This document shows positions 13,301 to 27,845 of a stretch of 64,000 nucleotides of DNA, piece after piece. Each line of letters begins with the position of its first letter. Positions within the stretch are counted from its first letter, which is position 1. Source of the stretch: Camelus dromedarius (Eukaryota); assembly GCF_036321535.1 (NCBI RefSeq), contig NC_087436.1, forward strand, positions 76,262,001-76,326,000, in the 5' to 3' direction. The translations under genes were made by a program, and so were the position numbers. The notes under the pieces are model-generated. The model saw only the letters and a list, made by a program, of their open reading frames with translations, made no database searches and was not told the origin of the DNA.

Positions 13301-14999
13301 TAATGCAGCAGAAAATTCTCTTTGAAAACATGGAGTGAGGGATGGTGTGGTCCAAAACCCAGGTGATGCATCCTCCTTCATTGAGCTGTGGTGTGTCATT
13401 CACAAGAGGCTAGTTATAAAGGGCGCATGCTCATTCGGTCATTTGTGTAGCGTGTTCATACCCCTTTATAAAATAATATGGGAATGATATCAACACAAAT
13501 GGTGTAGCTATGGTCTCAAAGTCGGTAGAGCTTAAGGTAACTGTGCACATGTATTTTCTTAACACATTAATTCAACAGCTGGGATATTCCATAGAGAACT
13601 AAATACATCCTAGTGAGACATTTAACTAGACTCAGGAGTCAAACAGACATCTGAAAACATCTATCGACTCATTGGTATTGTTTCAGTAACTGCTTTGGCT
13701 TTTATATAACTCAGGAAATAGGAAATCATAACATCATAAATAGTGTTAAGCTGAACCTATCAATGTAGCCGGAGCAATTTTAAGCCAATCATTTCTCATT
13801 AGGCTAATGCTAGTAAAGTTTCTTATTCAGATAAGTTTTTTTATTCTTTTTGCTTCTTTTGGCTATTCAGTGGCCAATGAGGTGTAATAAGTTTTAGCAA
13901 ATTGGGGCTGAGGTATCTTAGGTTAGTTTTATTCTTTGTTGTAAATTACAGCAGCTTTATAACTGCTTAACACAGCTCTTGAATCAAGAAATGTCACACC
14001 TGAATTTTTTTGTTCAGGCTGCATGACTGGCATTAAAGTGAAAGAGAGAGATGGGGAGAAAGAGAGAAGGAGCACATAGGCTCCTAGAATTCAGGATTAA
14101 AACTGCTGCTTTGCTTGTCAAACTGATTTATATTTTAACTGTTTAGCAGCTGAAATGGCAACTAAACAGAATTTTGATATAGTGGCACCTTCCTATTTTT
14201 TCTCTTTGCAGATTATCATTTGGCAAATTACTAAATTTTTGAATTGTACTTCATGTGCCTTCTTTTGTTGACATTGAATTGGACTTTGGATTTTGGATTT
14301 TACTTTGGATTTCAGGCTCAAAATAATGAGATATGACTTAGATTACTTGTTTCTCAGACTTCACATCTGTTATTTTCAGCACAAGAAAGCCCGTCACTGC
14401 TATAAGGACCTTCCCTTAGTAAGCAGCAGGCTTACATAAGAAGATGCCGTGACAATAAAAGAGGTTTAGAAGTATCTCTCCTCTTAGCAGCTTTTAGTCG
14501 GTTAGCAAATGGGACTTGTTTGCTGTTTTCTTCATTGACAGTTTCTTACGAAATTAAGTGGGGTTTTTTTTTCTGACTGGATTAGCAAAAACAGAAAAGT
14601 AATTAATACAGAAAGTACCAAATATGAAATATTACTCTGCACAGAGGCATTTCACACTTCATTGATTTCATGAGTAGGCCAGAGGTGCCAGAACAATAAT
14701 TAATATGTTGTAAGGGAAAAATTATTATGCAAGGTCAGCAGCATTTCAAGACTTCACAAGGAAGAGGCATTAAAAGATATCCTGAAACTATTTCTTAAAT
14801 AGGGTTTAAAATTGGATTTTAAAGGAATATTTGAAGAATACGCAGTTTTTCTGTGAGAAATTAGCAGGCATTTTTATTTATCACTGGAAGTATGCCTCTG
14901 TATACCAGCATAATGTATGTCAATATACTGGCATTTGAGGGAAAATGTGAATAAATATGTGTGGGTAAGTGTATGTGGACTTATATATTATTATTTACA

Positions 15000-15570
15000 T
15001 TTCCAAATTTTTAATGAAATAGGACAACTTTTAACTCAAGAAAATTCATTTATATTATTTTAAACTTACTAACCAATACATGTTTTGCAAAAAATAATTT
15101 AAATCTCTGAAAAACAAAAACCCCCAAATCAAATCAACCATAATCCTACTGTGCTGCTATAAAGATGTTAATCTTTTGGTGTGTATCCTTTCAATATTTT
15201 TTTGCTAAGAAATAAATATATATATATATAAATATATATATATATATTTAATGGGATATTGTAATGTTGTTTTTCAATGTGTCTTTTCACTTACTATATG
15301 ATTATTCCTTTAGGTCATTTAGTTTTTTTCTGCAGTATTTTTAATGGCTACATAATGCTTCACTGGATGTATCATAATGTATTCACTCAATTTTCTGAGG
15401 ATGGGCATACAGATGCTTTCCAATTTTTAGCAAATGGCAGTGAACATCCTTAGAGCTTTATCTTGATCATGCCTTTTGGACACAGCTCTAGAAATGGAAT
15501 TCTGATTGCTTCACAGGTATTGCCAAATTGTCCTCCAGAAAGGTCATCTTAGTTTACTCCCAGCACAGCG
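15000..15570 (-). mobile_element. Old L1M (L1ME-like) fragment with (TA)n at 15216-15248
   Basis: ctagaaatggaatt...tattgccaaattgtcctccagaaagg...tactcccagcacag. Confidence 0.6.
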
Positions 15571-15779
15571 TCTGTTTCAAACTCTCTCTCAATTGTGATT
15601 TTAAAGCTGTTCTTTCCTCTGATGTCATATAGTAAGTAATGGATTTTCCAGGATTAATTGAAGATGATTGAGAGAAAATCTCTTGAAAGAATTTCAAAAG
15701 CAAAATATTTCCAGCGATTATTTTAAGACCAAAATAAGCAAGATGATTTAATATCATATTTTTATCCCAAATTGAAAGT

Positions 15780-16040
15780 TACTAATAGCTATCATTTACT
15801 GAGTGCTTACCATCTACCATCTATCAGTAATAACTTTGCAACAATTCTGTGTGCTTTAATCAAGTTTCTCATATTTTTTCCTCCCAATTACCCTGTGAAA
15901 TAAGTTTTTCAGGTTCCTTTTTAAAATGATGGAACCAAAACTCAGACAATTTATAAATAAATTGTCTAAAGTCACAGAGCTAGTTGGTGGGAAGCTGAGA
16001 TTTGAATCCAGAATGGTATGAATCAAAAGATCATATTTCA
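15780..16040 (-). mobile_element. MIR SINE
   Basis: tagctatcatttactgagtgcttacc...aaagtcacagagctagttggtgggaagctgagatttgaatccaga. Confidence 0.8.
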
Positions 16041-17961
16041 GCGACTACAAAAAACAGGAAAGGTCTTAAACTTGTGTTTCTGAAAATTTTCTACCTCAAA
16101 ACAGCACACATTGTAGCTTATTTGTATATTTACAACAACCTTTTATCTCAATTTATTGTCATCTTCGGATTAGGAGGGAAGGGGTCTGCTTGGATAAACC
16201 ATGGATTTTTACCACCTGGACCTCTGGTAAGAAACAGTGGGTCTCATTTCTCAACCATGAGGTGCCAGGAAGGCTGGTGCCAGGTTGGCAAAGCAGGTCC
16301 TCCCCCTTTCTCAGTGCACATGGCTCTCTTGTGTGGGAAACTACACCAGCCCTCTCGTTTTCTCTCCTCTACTCACAAACTAGAGTCCATGTGAGTTTGA
16401 CTTTCTTATTAGCCTCCTTTTTGTGGGTGATTTCAAGGCGACATAAAGAAAGAAAAAGCCAGAAAACTGAAAGCAGAGGCAATGTTGAGTCTTCCTTGCA
16501 AAACTTTCTTTGGCACCAAGATATGTTCTGAAATTGGACTACTGGGGAGCGGCCTCTCTGATAGGGTGTCTCTCTAGTGACACAGTCCTGGCAGTGCTAA
16601 GATGGGGAGATGGGAAGAAGATATATTCCAGACAACATCCAACCCCAAATGTTGTGGGTGTTTGTAAAGGGAGTGGATGAAGGTATACAAAAGGATTCTC
16701 TATTTTGGATGTGGAGTTCCACAAAGTCACATAATTAGGGACGGGAATTGTCCTGCTGTGGCATTCCACAGGTGTCCTTGAGCCTCTGTCCCGTCACTAT
16801 GAATCTTTATCCTTTCCTCTCCCTCTGCTCCCTCTCTCATCAGCAGGCTAAAGAGAGGATACATCTCTAGCTTAAGCTTGGGGGTTTTTGGCACGAAGCT
16901 TGATTGTCTCGGTTTTCTCTTGGCAGATTTAAATTGTTAGAGAAATGAAACTCGTTTGAAAACAGTCGGCCCTGGCAGGCACTCTCCCAGGCATTGCCCA
17001 GGACTCCAGGAACAGTTGTCGACTTGCTGCACGGCATTTGTCTAGGTTGGGTTTGATCTTATTCTCAGATCCCATATGGTAAGAAATAATTCAGTTTTAA
17101 AGTTTCATGTGTTTTCTGACTGTGGGGATTGAGGTCAGGAGAGAGAGAAAGAGGTTGCTGCATATGGAGTTTGCAGATTTTTTTTTTATACTGAAACTAA
17201 GATTTAATGAAGATGGGAGATGAAGGAAAAAAATTATCTTATTTGCATGACCATGAGACAAAACTGAACAAGAGTTTTGTTTGTTTGCTTTTTCTGATAG
17301 AGATCTTTATTTGATTGGGGTACCCAATTAATTTTAAGATATTTCTACCATCATGGGAAGTAATATTATTGACAACTAACATGCATATATGGTAGGTTAG
17401 AGATTAGGAGCACCTTCACTCACATGACAGTTTGAAAAAATATTTTGTATATAAATGAAGAAACAAAAGAAAATCGTATCATTTCTCATAATATTAGTTC
17501 TAACATAAGTTATCCAAGTCTTTGGTTTACCTTCAAGAGCATATAAGCAGTATATAAAGATTCTAGCAGTAGGTAATGATATGCTGAGTGGTACTGATGA
17601 GACATTTTCCAGCATGTTTTACAAGTTTTTCTTTAGGCTTCTAATAGGACAGAGTAACAGTAAATAACTGGAGTAAAAACACCCCCCAAAATACTTGGGA
17701 TAAGTTTCTAGATATGCATAACGTTTATAACCAACTTCTAGCAAAACCGATAGTGCTATTTGATTACATAATTATAAATTTCATCTTCCTTCCTCCCTCT
17801 TCATACAACCAAGTGGGAAAAGAAATGAACACTTAACAGCTGGAGCTGTGAACACAGAATGGATTTTAGAGCAACTGAAAGTGTACGCTGCTCCAAAGAC
17901 CATTTTAAGCATCATAAATATCCAGTGTTTTAAACCACTAAATCTCATGTCCACTACCTCT

Positions 17962-17975
17962 GTTTGTTTGTTTGT

Positions 17976-18018
<43 letters not shown>

Positions 18019-18023
18019 TTTTT
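17962..18023. repeat. (GTTT)n(ATTT)n microsatellite flanked by an 11-bp direct repeat
   Basis: Read directly. TACCTCTGTTT at 17955 and 18024. Confidence 0.9.
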
Positions 18024-19279
18024 TACCTCTGTTTATTTTGACCTCTCCACCACCATCAGTCCTTTGACACACAGTCTCTTCATGTCATTTCAGAATCTCA
18101 GTGGGGCAAACATAAGGCCCATTTCACAGACTCAATTTAATATAGGCTATTATACACAATGATACGCACAAAACTATAAATGAAAACTTTCTGTCTTTGG
18201 TGGTTCATGGAGTTAAAATAGGTTATCATTTGACACTTCAAGCCTGATTTTTGACCTGGATTTATTCCATACATATTTGACCATCTATTTAATTAACTCA
18301 AGTTAGTAGAAGCTAAAACAGGGTAGAGTAAACCAGGGGGAGAGAACCAATCTGATTAAATCTAACAATTCATACATCTGTGTTTGACTTTCATCACTTC
18401 CTATGATTGTATATAAAGTACCTGCTGTTGAATGAGGGATTAAGCCCATTCCAATTATTGATGCCTTTTAACTTTACAGATGTCAAAGGCATTCCTTCAA
18501 ACCTGTTCATTTCCAGAGCAAGGCTTTTCCAGATGGGAATTAAAAAGGAAGATTTGACAAAATCTGCTTCTCTATTACTTAATACAAAGGAATAGTACAG
18601 TAACACTCCTGTTTCTGCTAATCCATTCATTTCAGGTTTGATTTACCTTTTTTGCCCTGATCTAAAATCTCTGTGGCTTTATAGGATTATATATTGCTAT
18701 ATTCAGGTTTTGAATGAATCATAGTGTATGCATTTTAATATGATTTCTCTGATTCCAAAGCCAGGATTAACCTGTTGTTTTGATTTAAAAGATTTTATGT
18801 TTAGATTTTAGAGGAAGAATGTTAAATTTCTCTAGTTATTCACTGATTCCCTTAGTTGTAATAGACAAAAGAAATTGTATTTGTTGGCTGTATTGATGGA
18901 AAAAAGAAAAAAAAGCATAGTTTTATGAAGAATTTAAAATATGAATACTTAATGTAAATTGTTAACATAAATAAGAGTGAAAGTTTCCTTAGCATTGAGT
19001 TTTATAGTCCCTATGTTGACATCTTGTAAAGTTGAGACTACAGAAGTAGACCTAACTTGAGCCATAGTAAAGAAAAATATTGGCAACTGTTAGGTCATAG
19101 AAATTGGATGTAAAATATTGGTAACCTTGGTACTTTAAAATTATAAAAAGTGCTGACTTTTTTTTTTCTGTTCTGCAAAGATGGTTATGGAAAGTAGGAA
19201 GATGCAGTAGGGTTCCAGATATTATTTTAAGGAACAACAGTATAGAAAGAGCAAAATCTTAGAGATCCTTAGAATGTGA

Positions 19280-19490
19280 CAGGCGGGGTTCTAAATCTTT
19301 TGCATATACCAATTCAGTTAACCCTCACGGCAGCCTTATGAGGTTGGCACCATCATTTCCTTTATATAGATAAGGAAACTAAGATGCAGAGAGGTGAAGA
19401 AAATTGTTAAAGCTTAGATGACCGATAAGAGGCAGAACTATGGTCCAAATCTGGGAAGTCTGGCTCCAGTCCATGCTCTTAAACTCTATA
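19280..19490 (-). mobile_element. MIR SINE
   Basis: aaccctcacggcagccttatgagg...tatagataaggaaactaagatgcagagagg. Confidence 0.8.
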
Positions 19491-21649
19491 CTAATTATGG
19501 TTACATGGTCATACGTCTAGCTTCTGGCTCACCCAGAAATGATATAAAACAAATTTTAACTCAATCGAATAAGAATACAGTAAAGACCAAATGAGAAATT
19601 GAATAAGCAGCTGGTACATTTTTCTCTCCTGTACAAATTCCCTTTTTTAATGTAGAAATTCCAGATATGGAATTCCACATTCCTAGATTTTAAGCACAGT
19701 TCACGTGCCAGGTTGCTAAGGTTTTAGCCCATGACCCGTCAGCTCTTTGGACTCATTGCCATAGTTTCCCTTTGATCTCACCTTACACTTGAGGAACGGA
19801 AATATAAGATGAAGAAGAATTAGTTGTGAAAAGTGTACTCAGACAATCACAATGTTTGTGGAGGGCAGATACCAATTTTCCTAAATCGGGGACTGGGGGA
19901 GGTTTGAAGTTTATAGATACGTTGCTAACTAAGGGTAGAGACAGTACACACCCAAATTGAATTTTGGCAAGTAGAAAAAGGGAATGTTGACAAACATGTC
20001 TAAATGCAAACCAGCAAGTAACCATTCTTTATAAAAAGTGAACTGCATTTTCATCTTTGCAATTTCTGATATTTACTAGGAAAGATCCCTTTCTTTTGTT
20101 TATGTATGGTGGCTTCATTTGAATCACTCTCTAAGGTCCTTTTACCTAGTTTCTTATAAAGATCAAACATTGCTCTCTCTCTTCAATAAAAAGAGGATTT
20201 TAAATTTAAACATCAGCATTTCAGTGTATCTCGAAAATAAAAATGAAGGTGAAATGAAAAATTGTGGCTCATAGTTTTTTAGGTATACACAGTTCGTGCA
20301 CTCTTGTTTGTGTTCTCAACTAGATTCTGAACACCTCAAAGAAAAAGCCTCCTATTGACTATTTTTGTAAAATTCCATCCTTCACCCTCTCTCCCCTCTG
20401 CCCTCACCCCATTCTATATCAATTTCAGTGATATGCATATAGTAGGTACTTAATACAGTACTTGCTGTGTGAATAAATTACTCTCCATCACTGAAGCTAT
20501 TTTGAGGATTATTTTTCAAACAATAAAGGAGCTTATAAAAATATAGTAGACAAGGTTTGAACAGGGTTTGAATGTAAATCAAGCATCTGTCTCCAGATCT
20601 CTGATTTCGACTTACTCCAAACAGTGCTTGACTGTAAAGCAAATAGGCATGTCAGTGCATCTTCTGTTGAAGTGCCTCAAAAGGTGCAATGATAGAGAAG
20701 AGGTGAATTTAGAGCTTGCCTTCTGGCTGCATGCTTGCCTTTCGAGCATTAACTGAGCTGCAGCATAAGGTGAGAAATTAGGACAAATGTCCCAAGTCCT
20801 AGAAACTGAGTATTTTATTTAACTCCATCCTGCTTAGAAGATTTGTTTCAGGATTACAGGCTTTTCAGGAGAGGCTGGTGACTATGCAGTGTTCAGTTTG
20901 AAATGGATAATCTTTGACGATAAAAGCTAAAATAATGCTAACACAAAGAAGCAGCTTTGATAATGATACTTAGAGCAGTGTTTCAGAGTTTAGCTTCAGA
21001 CAAGTGAGGACACAAACTATCAGGGGTTAGTTTATTGACTAAAATCATAATACCCCAAATGTTAAATACTGGCAATCTGTATTACTACAATTTCCCAGGT
21101 TCCCTGGGTAAATTCAGGGTTTTCAAAGATTGGGAAAGAGGCAACCCAGTCAGATATGGTAGAGGGGGCAAGAGAAAAAAATATTCAAAATGTTAGATAT
21201 TCTATGAATAGTACATATAACCTTCAGTTGTAAAAGATCTTTCTTGTTTAATCAAAAAAGATAGCTTAGAAAAACTAGATAGTCAAGGATAAAGTATTAT
21301 GCTTCTCGTAATATTTCCTGTCTCCATCATTGATAAAGTAATGCAGAACAGATTGAATTATTATAACCATGAACTCTTCTTATTGATTTAATATAAAAAT
21401 ACGTAATTTGTTCTTCTGCTCTGGGAGTTCTAGTCCTCTGAAAGAAAACATGTCTGTAAATTACGGGATTAGATGAAGACTCTAGTTGCTTGTACTCAGT
21501 CTTGAGCTGAGCTAATATTCGTAGGTGGAGTCTTAAAAGCCACTTTTAAGAGATCTCTTTTTCTTTTTTGTTCTTTGAAATTTCTTTCCTTCACTTTATC
21601 AAAATTCCTCCTCCTGGAATTCATTCATTTTGTGTAATTTTATATAGAA

Positions 21650-21890
21650 GTAGAAATAACTCTATATTGAATCCTTTATTATATGGCAGGCAATGTTTTG
21701 AGTACCTTATATTAACTCACTTAATCTTCAAAATAATGCCGTGAGAAATGTTACTATCTTCATTTTAAAGATAAGGAAACTAAGGCATAGAGAAGTTAAA
21801 CAACTTGCCCAAGGTCACATAGTTTCTAAGTGTGAAGCCAGGCTTCAGCTTCCAGTAGTCATCCTTTTAATCAATAAGCTATATTCCACT
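21650..21890 (-). mobile_element. MIR SINE
   Basis: cattttaaagataaggaaactaaggcatagagaagttaaacaacttgcccaaggtcacatag. Confidence 0.85.
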
Positions 21891-22996
21891 CCTTGAGAAA
21901 GAGGACAATGTCTTGTTCATTTCATTTCATTTCACTTCATTTCGGTTCAGTGGAGCTCAGTTCAGTTCTCGTCTCTGCAGACAGACCCACATCTTGTCCC
22001 CTTTTATCTGGGTAAGAGCTCATCATTAATTTGCTCCACTCATCCTTCAGTTGATACCAGTTTAAAGTACAGTTCTAAACTTTTCATTTGAGCCCCTTGC
22101 TCAATGTGTCTGGCATTCAAGACTCTATTCTTTGTCCCAGCCTACCTTAATTCTTATCTTCCACAGCCCTGTACAGGCATTCAGTGTGCCAGGTTGTACT
22201 GCTCAGTGTCGTCATAGATGCCCTGAGATTTCACATTTATCCCTGTCCATGGACTGCTGGATGTTTTTCCTTTGCTGTTGTGTGCTCCTGAGACTTTCAC
22301 CCTCATCTAATTCTCCATTTATGATTACAGCTATTGATTTCCCAAGGCTCAAATCATATGTTAACACTTTAGTAACATATTACAGTCACTGATTTCACAT
22401 GACTGTATTTCTTCCCTCTTTTGAACTCTAATAGTGTTTTGCCACATTCTGCTTTATATTAAGTGCTTTTATCTTTTCCTTTTAAAAAAATTTCCCCTTC
22501 TTTCTTACTAGCTTATACCTCTTGAGATGAAGAATTTTATCTTGCTCATCTTTATTAAAAACTGACGATGAAACAAATTAAGAAAATCCATGGAAGTAAC
22601 TGTTAGATTATCATCAAATATTTATCATTTTTCTTTCTTGAGGCCTATTTTCAGAAATTTGCTATAGCAGGAAGAGACATTTGCAATGATTTCATTAACT
22701 TGCCGTATTTTACCAATAAGAAAACTGAGGCATGGAGAAGTTGAGACCTCCTGAATGCCAGAGCCTAACCCTGATGATTGCTTATGATCAGTCCTGAGCC
22801 CTGTCCTCTATATAATGTTATCACTACACTTCTGAAAGACAGAAAGTTTTAAAACAATGACATAAAGGACTGTGGAAGTTTCCAGATGGCATCAAGCTAT
22901 CTTTCATAGACCTTTCAATGGTGTGCCCAGCAGAAAAAGACTGAAAAGGGTGGCAAGAATATTAATGCCTCAATGTCGTAATTATGGTTTGAGGGG

Positions 22997-23223
22997 TTTT
23001 TTTTTATTATTTTATTTTTAATTCAAGGGTAGTTGATTTACAGTGTGTCAGGTACACAGCAAAGCAATTCAGTTATATATACACATTTTTTTTTCAGATT
23101 TTCCCCCATTATATGTTATTACAAAAAACTGAATATAGTTCCCTGTGCTATACAGGAGGTTCTTGTTCTTTATGTATTTCATATATGTAATGTATATCTG
23201 TTAATCCCAAACTCCTAATTTAT
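22997..23223 (-). mobile_element. Short LINE-1 3' end
   Basis: Poly(T) then tagttgatttacagtgtg...atagttccctgtgctatacag...gttaatcccaaactcctaattt. Confidence 0.88.
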
Positions 23224-24407
23224 TATATGAATTTCTTATCAAACTCTGATTAACGGTTTTTATAATGATTGGTTATAAAAATTCACTTCCTTATGAATCT
23301 TGCTTTATACTTTAACTCTTTTGATATCCATTAAATAAGTTAACACTTTCTCCCTCCAAAAAAACAAAAATTGTCAGATATCTTGGATAAGTACTGTTTC
23401 CCATTTTATGGGTAAAGAATCTCAAAGGAAGCAACTCTTGTCAATGTTAGGATTGTGACCTTAGGCAGAACATTAGCTAAGAAGGGTCGTGCTCTCAGAT
23501 TGTGGGTACCAGGGCATCCTTCTTTCCCAAGGGAAGGTAACTCTAACCTCTTGATGTGACTCTGTGATAGCCCAGGTATAATCTTATTAGCAATGGAGAC
23601 AGCAAGTGACAAGTACTAATAAGTCTGAATCAATGCCGCAGAACCAGCCACCACTGCCAATGAGCCGTGGCATGGTTCAGCTTGGTTTCCCCATGCACTT
23701 CCAGGTGATGGAGATGTCAGGGTTTAACATGTCCAGTTATGCTACTAATGACAACCTGTTGTACCTTCTGAAATGAGGCACTGGTACCCATAGGAGCAAG
23801 CACTCCTAGACACTGAGAGAGGAGAACTATTTTGGGAAGCTGTGATAATGACATGGAATGACACTGAGCAGTGCTTCTTCTGAAAGATGCAGGCAGATGA
23901 TTTTCCTAAGGTATGCAAAATATGTTCCCCTGTTTGTATATGGAAAGAAAGGATGGCTTACAGAGGGAGCAATACAATGAAATTTGGTTTTATACCTTGT
24001 ATACTTCAAAACATGTTTCAGCACAAAGAGCATTTCAAGTTACAACCCAGACTTCTACTGGTATTCAAGGTGCCCCCACAATCAGCCTTACCTACCCTGC
24101 CACTTCTGTCACTTGTTCCTTTCACATCCTTCCTGCTCTGGTCAACACAGGCTACTCACTGTTACTGATTTAGCAAAATTCAGATAAACATTTGATCAGT
24201 GTCTACCATATGCTTGGAATTTTACTAGAAACTAAAGAAAGGAGGAGGAGAAGTCATTGCTTCTGTCCTGAAATATTTGGAGATCTAGTGGAAAAGACAA
24301 GCAAATACATAAATGAATCTGAAATGAAACAGAATTAACAGTAGGGAAGGCCAAGTATGAAAAAGGTAAATTGGGGTTATATAAGAACATTAAAGAGTTT
24401 GTGTAAT

Positions 24408-24452
24408 TGTGTGTGTGTGTGTGTACGCGCGCACACGCGTATGTGTGTGTGT
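24408..24452. repeat. (TG)n / alternating purine-pyrimidine tract
   Basis: tgtgtg...gtacgcgcgcacacgcgtatgtgtgtgtgt. Confidence 0.9.
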
Positions 24453-27400
24453 CTAAGAGTGGGAGTCCCTCAAAGGTTTTGAACAGGCAGTGAATGATTA
24501 GAACATGGATGGGCATTATGAAGGATAAAATGGAGAGAGATTAAAATCAGGGAAGCCACACTTTAGGCTGTAACAGGAGGTCATGTGGGTTATGATAAGG
24601 GCCTAAAAGGGCATCACTGGCAGTAGAAGAGAGATGGGAGGGCTGGATTCCAGTAACAGTGCACGAAGAATGCCATTCTGTTCGTTCTGTTACGGTGTGA
24701 AGCTGGTGAGGCATGGTTTGCATCCCTTCTCTGCCATGTATTAGCTTTGTCACCTTAAATGAATCAATAAACTGACCTATGCATCATTCTCCTTATCAAT
24801 AAAGTAAAATTACCTTGGCATCCAAATCAGAAATGTGTTTTGAGTTCCAATGAACTAATTCTTGAAAATGCCTGGCACAAAAGAGGCACTCAATCAATGT
24901 TAACTGATACTGTTATTGTGGATGCGTTTTAAGGAAGATGACTAAAGAATTTTCCCAGAATATCTTCCCCCAACATTTTTTTTTTTCTTTAAAGTATTTC
25001 TTTCCACTTTCCTCTCTACCTTGATGGACTCTGCACATCTCCGTGCCATTTCCACCATGATGAGCTCCTTGAGTAGCCCTGTGCACAGTGATCATTCCTG
25101 TGTCTGAGTTCCTAAAATACTGATTATCTGTACTAGTCATTAGATACTTACAATGTACCCTATAATGCTGTTAAATATTTTGCTCCCTTCCTTACTTCAA
25201 TTAATTTATAAATTCCTTAAGGGTTGGTGCTGTCTCTTGTATCTGTCTGTTTCATCGCACATGCATCAGCTTACACGTTTGACCACTACAAAAATTTGTT
25301 GATTAATATTGATTAACATATCAATTCCTTTTCACCAGAATTCAAATAAACTGTAATGCAGATTAACCAGAGAAAGCAATTTCACCTCAGGCTCATTTCT
25401 TGGTTCTGGAACCTATTTCTAGATTCTCTGCTCCAGGTCTTTAAAAGAACAGTAAAATTAGTTAAAAATATTTCTGCACAGAGTAGTGATAAAGGCTGGG
25501 CATCAGTGGAAAAGCAGAAAAGCTCCAGCTTGGGGCCCAGCAGGCATGAGAGACAGCAGGAAGCAGCCAAGTCTAGGGACCATCCTATAATAACCCACAG
25601 TGAATATCTGAATTCGATTCTACTTTGTAGGACAAAGATACCCTTTCCAGTAGTAGTTAGAATTTTCATTCCGTAACTTGCTGTATTCTAAGAGGCTTAA
25701 AAGTAATTTGTCTGGAATGGGAGGCAGTCTCACGTTAAGGAGTCTCTCGTTTCTTTGAAAAATGGCAGATGCTAAGATGCTTCTGTAGCAGAACTAGAGA
25801 AAAACTAAAGATTGGCTGAACTAATTTCCTTTCAATCTATCGAGTTGGTTTATTTGGCCTTGTATTAGTAGAACTACGTACGTAATTTTACAAAGCAACA
25901 TATGGAATATGTTGAGAGTATGAATGTGTCTGTGGGCTACAAGGGCATCAGAGGAATTTTGCTTTGAAACATGCAGTCTAATATAGATTGATACCATAAA
26001 GCACAACGTCTTGAAATTATATTGCAGTCATCTGTTTTTAATAACTTTATGAATTTTTCACAGAAGATCTAAGCAGGGTGCTTACCAAATTATCTATGTT
26101 TTTTGTTGTTGTTCAATATAGTATCTTTCTTCTATTTTATTTAGTATATGTATTTTAAAACTCATCTGTAATTGTATAAGGAAAGATATCACGTAAAAGG
26201 AATTCCATGTAAAACTGAACTGGCATGGCTCCTGAAGTCATACTGAAATACCTTTCCAGTGATCCACTCATCTATCAGTCTCCCCAAATGTACTGATTTC
26301 CTGTTCTATGAGAAATGCTGTTAGTTCTCCTAAGCAACAAGATAGTTATTCAAAGAGAATATGACTGACTTATTCCTGTTCAATTTAGGTTGCAAATGCT
26401 AAAAATCTACAAAACAATCAAAATGTTGGTAGGCCAAAATGAGAAGGGAAAAGCAGTTGATGACTAAGTTAATCTGACAAATATTAAGTATATTTTCTAT
26501 AAAAACACTCACATGCTTCTTAACACCATGGCAGTCTCATTTTAGTTGTGTCACTGTATCATCTGAGATTATATAAATATATGTATGTATAATGTATATA
26601 TCGTTAATATATTTAGTGTGTTTATTTGTATTGCATGTGCATATATATATGTATGTATATATACACACATATTTCATGCCATGTATTTCATATGCCGTAT
26701 CTATGGCATCGACTATCTCATAATATGTTATGTGCTACTTCCAAGTAATGTGATTTAAAGAAGAACTTGCCTGCCTGCCACTTCATCTCCTCCCTTCTTA
26801 CAAGACAGAACTTGGACTAGATCCAACCTTATCCAGAGGAGAGAAGAACATCCTAAGAAATGGAAGGGTAACAAGAGCTTTATAGGGAAAGAACGTCCTC
26901 GTTAGCCTGCAAATGCATGCTGGACCTTTAACTAAGAAAGAAAGAAAACTGTTTTTTGAGCCATTGACATTTCAGGTCTTTTTGTTATAGCTATTTAAAA
27001 TATGCCCAAAGTAATATGTGTGCCATCTTGACTTTTTTATTTGTACACATTCTTCTCTTTTCACCCCTGTTTTCTCAAAACTTTTTTCATATGCACCTCA
27101 CAACAAATACTTTTTTAAAGCATGCAAAATCATCCCTAATTGGTAAGGAAACAAGAGAGGTAAATTTACAAGATCATTTCTACTAAAGACATAAATCGTT
27201 GGGAAAACAATGCAGTCACTAACTTTTCTCAAACTTTATTTTCAGATGCAAATCTGGTCATTTCTTCCTTTATTAAGCAGTACGATGCTAAAGATAACAT
27301 AGTTGGGGGATTGGCTGAGGTGGTACTTAAGGGGAGAGGAAAAGAAGATTGCCATTGCAATGTAGCTAGCTGTTCTCCCTCTGCTACTGAATTCAGGAAG

Positions 27401-27845
27401 GTTTCTTTCAGCAGATAGACTCTGGTCTGAGAAAAACCATTTGGATGACATTTTAGAACTAAATCAGTAATGCTTCCCCAATTGTTTTGGGGGAGAATAT
27501 AACCAATATTCTTTTGACTTGGATAATGAATGATATCTCTCTTTCATACTCCTTGAAAGGTTTAAAACTTGCTGGGCATAAGTTGAAAGCTTTGCAAAGA
27601 AACCAGGTAGCCTTCTTTCTATGTATGAAAACACAGACCTTTCACTTTAAGGGTCAAAATAATTAGAATGCCTCTAATGAATTAGATGGCCCAGACTGAG
27701 AGGGAGATCACCAGGTCTTCCATGAGTTCTTTTATCTCTACATTATGCTTTTGTTTTTAAGATATGATTGTTTTATTGATTTTTTTAAGGTTCAGGTTGA
27801 TATATTTGGCCATCATTTTCTTCTGCTCCATGGCATATTTTTCTT

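Noticed and set aside
21917..21968. (CATTT)n-like and other short tandem runs (14280-14312, 36296-36322, 39790-39811)
   Set aside because: Ordinary degenerate simple repeats with no repeat-spacer periodicity; not CRISPR-like.
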